Source: Bugula neritina
Taxonomy: Eukaryota; Animalia; Bryozoa
Assembly: GCA_964035545.1 (NCBI GenBank)
Contig: OZ037767.1
Span: forward strand, 25,746,628 to 25,810,627
DNA: 64,000 nucleotides
Direction: 5' to 3'
Shown here: positions 60,019 to 64,000 of the stretch, piece after piece
Position numbering within the stretch: the stretch's first letter is position 1
How the letters are laid out: every line of letters begins with the position of its first letter
The notes under the pieces: generated by a model
Database searches by the model: none
What the model was told of the DNA's origin: nothing
What the model saw: only the letters and a program-made list of their open reading frames with translations
Program-made: the position numbers and the translations under genes

Positions 60019-62616
60019 AGTTGCTTAGTTTTAATGGAACAGCTGAGTAAAGTTTGCGTAAGAAGATACAGAGCCATGTTTTTACAATGGGAACTCGCAT
60101 CAGATCACATTTAGCTGAGGTAACGATTTGTTAACATAAGGTAAGTAAAGCTTGTTTACTGGCAACTAACTAGTGACTAGTCATTGGATTGGAATTTTAT
60201 TGTTTTTTTTATAGTTTAGCAGTAATTTCATATAGTTTTATCAATCAAGAGCTTGAAATTTCCCAATAACATTAGTTATATACCTCTTTTCTTAGTATCT
60301 TTGTAGCAAATTTTTAGTATATGAAGTTAAAACAGTGCAAATGTATTAATATTTTAAACGTAAAGAATAATAAACAAGTATTAGGTAAACGTTACACTTA
60401 ATATAATGGTGCATAAAATTTTTAAAGTTCAGCTAGCTATATAGCTCATCACCTTTTGCTCTAATAAAACACAAAATTAATAACTGACATAGCATAGTAA
60501 TATAATGCTTTAATTGATCTGTTCATGAATTGTTAAATAGATAAAGCTAAGAAACTGCTGCAGCTATTAAATGCTCATACTGCTGTCCCATATATGAAAT
60601 ATTCACTAAAAGTTTATTTCTATTGTTTTCCAAAGCTTGAGCTCCTTATATCATATTTAGTTACTTAGTATTGGATCTGGCTGTATTTGAATTAATAAAA
60701 CTGGAGGTACAAATTGTTGAATATAATTGCATACTTTTCTACGGGCAATATTTAAGATAAGTGAGTCTGTACAACTACAACATGTTACATTTGTGTGACA
60801 GTTACTCATAAAATGAGAGATAATATTTTTTGCTCATTTTATTTTCTCATTTGCTTTGTAATCTACCAAACCTTAGCAGGAGAAAAGTACACGTGTTCTC
60901 TTGCTTATGTACTGACATCAAAGGATATTGGCCCCCATTGTTTTCCCGATACTTTGCAAGTTGTACGGGTAATTTCCTTTGAAGATTATAACTTCAAAGG
61001 GATGTTTCATAATTTAAACAATACATTAAACAGCTTAAACTAAACTCAGTTTAACAATCTCTAACTACCAGAATATTCTAGTTGTGTTTTTTGCAGATGT
61101 GATTTTAATACGGTACACACAACCAAGTTAGTTTAAATTCCGTAACAAATCTAATACTAGGGTTCATATATAATATTTTTAAACAAAAACCTAAATTTTC
61201 AAATTATTGATTTTTGTATGTAAAGTTGTATTGGTATTGGTAAAAGGCAACAGTGATAAGGAAACTAGAAACTAAGTTGACAAAAATAAAACCTTTCTGC
61301 TGTAAGTTACAAGCACTGTGCATTTTTTAAAAGTTGACTCGAGGTAGAAACAAAATCCTAATAGAAGAAATCCGGATTTAATTTGCATAATAAAAGAACA
61401 AAGTAATAGTCCGCTACAAATATGTTAAATACCAGCATTTGTGTAATAAAAGCATTATAAGCAATTGAGATCCCATTAGGAAAGCCTTTTTTTAATGAGT
61501 AGAAAAGTTTCACTATAATTAGTGCCTTGGAAATGCTTTTAAATAGCATTTAATCTGTAGCTTGTGTGAGGCAGCAGTTTTGTATTTCATTTACTGAGTA
61601 AGTTTCACAGCAGACGGGTAGAGGACAGGACAAGGCAGTGAATGTGCCATCTCTGTAAGTACTAAATTATTGTTAGGAAATAAAAAAAATTTGTTAGCCT
61701 CTACATCTGAGATTTAACTTTTTAATTTTCCTTTTTTCCTTTGTATACAGTATTGAATGGCTACAGTTTAGTTTTAGCATAATTATAAATGAGTAAACAT
61801 ACTTGAAAAATATTTTATTTTTACATTGTAAGATAATCTGGCTTTTCAGCAAATCAAATTCATGAAGTATCTTACATTCTCCTTCTCATACTGCTATATA
61901 TTATTATATAATATTGGCTTTAAAACCTCTAACTGTGAATTATCATTCCCCTTAGAAGTGATACATACTAGCTAGTTTAGCCTATAAGCTATAGCCACAA
62001 ACTACGCGAAGAGGTATTTTGGCGTAAATGCAAACTGCATACAGCTCCAAGTATAAACATGGGTTATAATATTAATAATATTAACTTGGCTATAATAACA
62101 TGTATTACTAGTTTATGGGCAGCAAATGGTAAGGTATAAAAATTTCAAAAGCTATCGTAGAGAACTTTAGTTAGTGCTGTCTTCAAACATCAAGTATATA
62201 GTTGCCCTAGTTGCTGCATTTCCACACCTACTGGGTAAGAATACCCATAGAGACTGTCCACAGCTATAGTGAGCCAATTGTCAACGTGTTACAAATGTAC
62301 CAGCCAGAGCTTTTGAAGTGCTATAGCTTCTAATTATGCAAAATTATCTACCCTTTTATTTATGAAATTTGCTTTAGTACCAATTTTTGTCTAGAAAAAA
62401 TAATGCAATTGCGTGACCGGTGATTTGTTTTCTTTGCGTTGTGGTGCTTCTGTATGTGCATATATGTTAGTGCAAAGGCATATTATACTTGGGGCTTTTT
62501 TTGCATATTATAATACGTATATTAGTAAAGCACTAGCATTTACCTGTACAACGCTTAAGCCTGAGCATACACCCAGTAATGAAATTTATTGCATGAGTGC
62601 TATTTATTTATTATAA

Positions 62617-62679
62617 CATATATATACATATACGTATATATACATATGTATACATATATATACATATATTACATATATA
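62617..62679. repeat. (TA)n/(TATACA)n microsatellite
   Basis: catatatatacatatacgtatatatacatatg... Confidence 0.8.
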
Positions 62680-63536
62680 GGCTATTTATCATCTTCAATT
62701 TAATACATTTGTAGATAGTTTGAACACGTCACTAAATTATGGCTAAAATTAAAAGATATCCAGTGTTATAATTGCAGGCATCTTGAGCTTGAGTTTTTAA
62801 CCAATTTGCTAGTGAGTTTTTAAATTAAATTTTAACAGTTGTGTCAGCTATGCTATAGCCTTATGTTCTAAATTTCCCAATCTTACAGGGTTTTCTCTCA
62901 AAGCCAATGAATTAATATATTCACAATTTTTAATTTAACCTCTGCTGGAATTGAGTTTAATGCAATATGTAAATTTGATAATTAAGCGTAACGTATAGCT
63001 TATATTGTTGAACTAAGGACCAATGTAAACTAAAGTTGCTAGCTATATATGCAAACCAATACGGGGTATTTTTTTAACATTTTAGAATAGTCATAAATAA
63101 ATATTTTATACATTTTGAAAGCTCTTCATTTAGACCACTATATTACTAAATATCTTTTGTATACTTAAACCTTGATGCATATTTTTGCAAATTTTAGGGC
63201 TACTGAAATTAAAACAGATCATTTATTTCAATCTTTAGTAGTGAATAATTTTACTTTTACAAAACTGAGCTGTTTTGGGCAAAGCTATAGATCTTCTATT
63301 AATGAAACGTTATAACTATTATACAGTAAAATGTTAAAATATACTGATCGATATATTCAGTAGCTGCAGTCACAAGTTATATAAAGCATTACAGCTTTCT
63401 TCCGTTCTCAAACGTAATGTATGAAAAACTAATAACACCACAATAACAATCTGAATAACAATTGAGTAACAGAAAATAAATACCAATTCAACAAAAGTAG
63501 GAGTTGTTAGCCCCATGAAGGTAATATCTACATAAA

Positions 63537-63941
63537 CTATTTGGTCAACTGAGAAGGGATCTTTGAGCATTCCTTTGAAGCTTTTCTGAGTCTTACAATT
63601 TCTTGCTTGCCATGTGTATTGCTGTCCTTCCTTCGTTGGTTTTCAAACCATTTGTCCACCTGTTTTAGTAACAAGCCGCCCTCTACAGCAAAATACTGTC
63701 TAACAACTCTGCTGGGATATGGGTTGTCTAAATTCTTATTGTACCACTCTTTCATCATCTCCTTGGCTTTTTTGTTGAGTGGTATTGGCGGCTTGTAATT
63801 AACTCTTCTTTGTTTTCCAGCTCTGCTCCTTTGCTGGAGACTTGAAGTTGAAACACCTGGTTGCTCTTCTTGACAGCAGGGTGGTGCATGCTGATGAGGT
63901 GGTGCATTCTGGCAGTGTGAGACATGCTGACTTTGTGTAAC
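63537..63941 (-). CDS. Terminal exon of a divergent TALE-class homeobox gene (SPILE-like); the 5' part lies beyond the window
   Basis: Acceptor ttttttcag| at 63942 opens a phase-0 frame: VTQSQH...PLNKKAKEMMKEWYNKNLDNPYPSRVVRQYFAVEGGLLLKQVDKWFENQRRKDSNT...TK*. It has the PYP loop extension and WFxNxR helix 3. Homeodomain about 63612-63800. Confidence 0.85.
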   Translation of the reverse strand, partial: VTQSQHVSHCQNAPPHQHAPPCCQEEQPGVSTSSLQQRSRAGKQRRVNYKPPIPLNKKAKEMMKEWYNKNLDNPYPSRVVRQYFAVEGGLLLKQVDKWFENQRRKDSNTHGKQEIVRLRKASKECSKIPSQLTK

Positions 63942-64000
63942 CTGAAAAAAAGTAAATATTGATACGGGATCTTCATCTTAAAACTACAATAAACATTATA

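Noticed and set aside
60027-63536. Short ORFs between the RTE and the homeobox exon
   Set aside because: AT-rich, no motifs, and no phase-consistent exon chain could be built.
63755-63976. ORF MKIPYQYLLFF... as the start of the homeobox protein
   Set aside because: It is in a different frame from the homeodomain. The acceptor at 63942 gives a stop-free phase-0 frame directly into the homeodomain.

Overview
AT-rich, intron-dense animal genomic DNA. It is an invertebrate, probably spiralian/lophotrochozoan, inferred only from the SPILE-like TALE homeobox. I assembled gene models by hand from GT-AG sites and reading-frame phase. (1) + strand ephexin-family RhoGEF (DH-PH-SH3, about 1242 aa, 20 coding exons, 4209-19962). 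(2) + strand C2H2/C2HC zinc-finger gene (21665-24977). (3) - strand large type-I membrane protein: signal peptide, 6 MAM, 4 nearly cysteine-free CUB domains, Thr-rich linkers, TM helix and Tyr-rich tail (25926-48704). It contains a 3.1-kb mucin exon that looks like an alternative terminal exon giving a secreted isoform. (4) - strand SRP receptor beta, SRPRB (49822-52024). (5) A partial orphan gene with a duplicated exon (54306-55092). (6) An intact, apparently full-length RTE-clade LINE with an 8-bp TSD and a structured 5' UTR (56062-60018). (7) The last exon of a divergent TALE homeobox gene (63537-63941). Most interesting signals: an intronic minisatellite made of 17 tandem splice acceptors, an intronic minisatellite with 14 perfect AP-1 sites, the secreted-versus-membrane switch in the MAM/CUB gene, and the RTE 5' UTR structure. 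No rRNA, tRNA or CRISPR features were seen.
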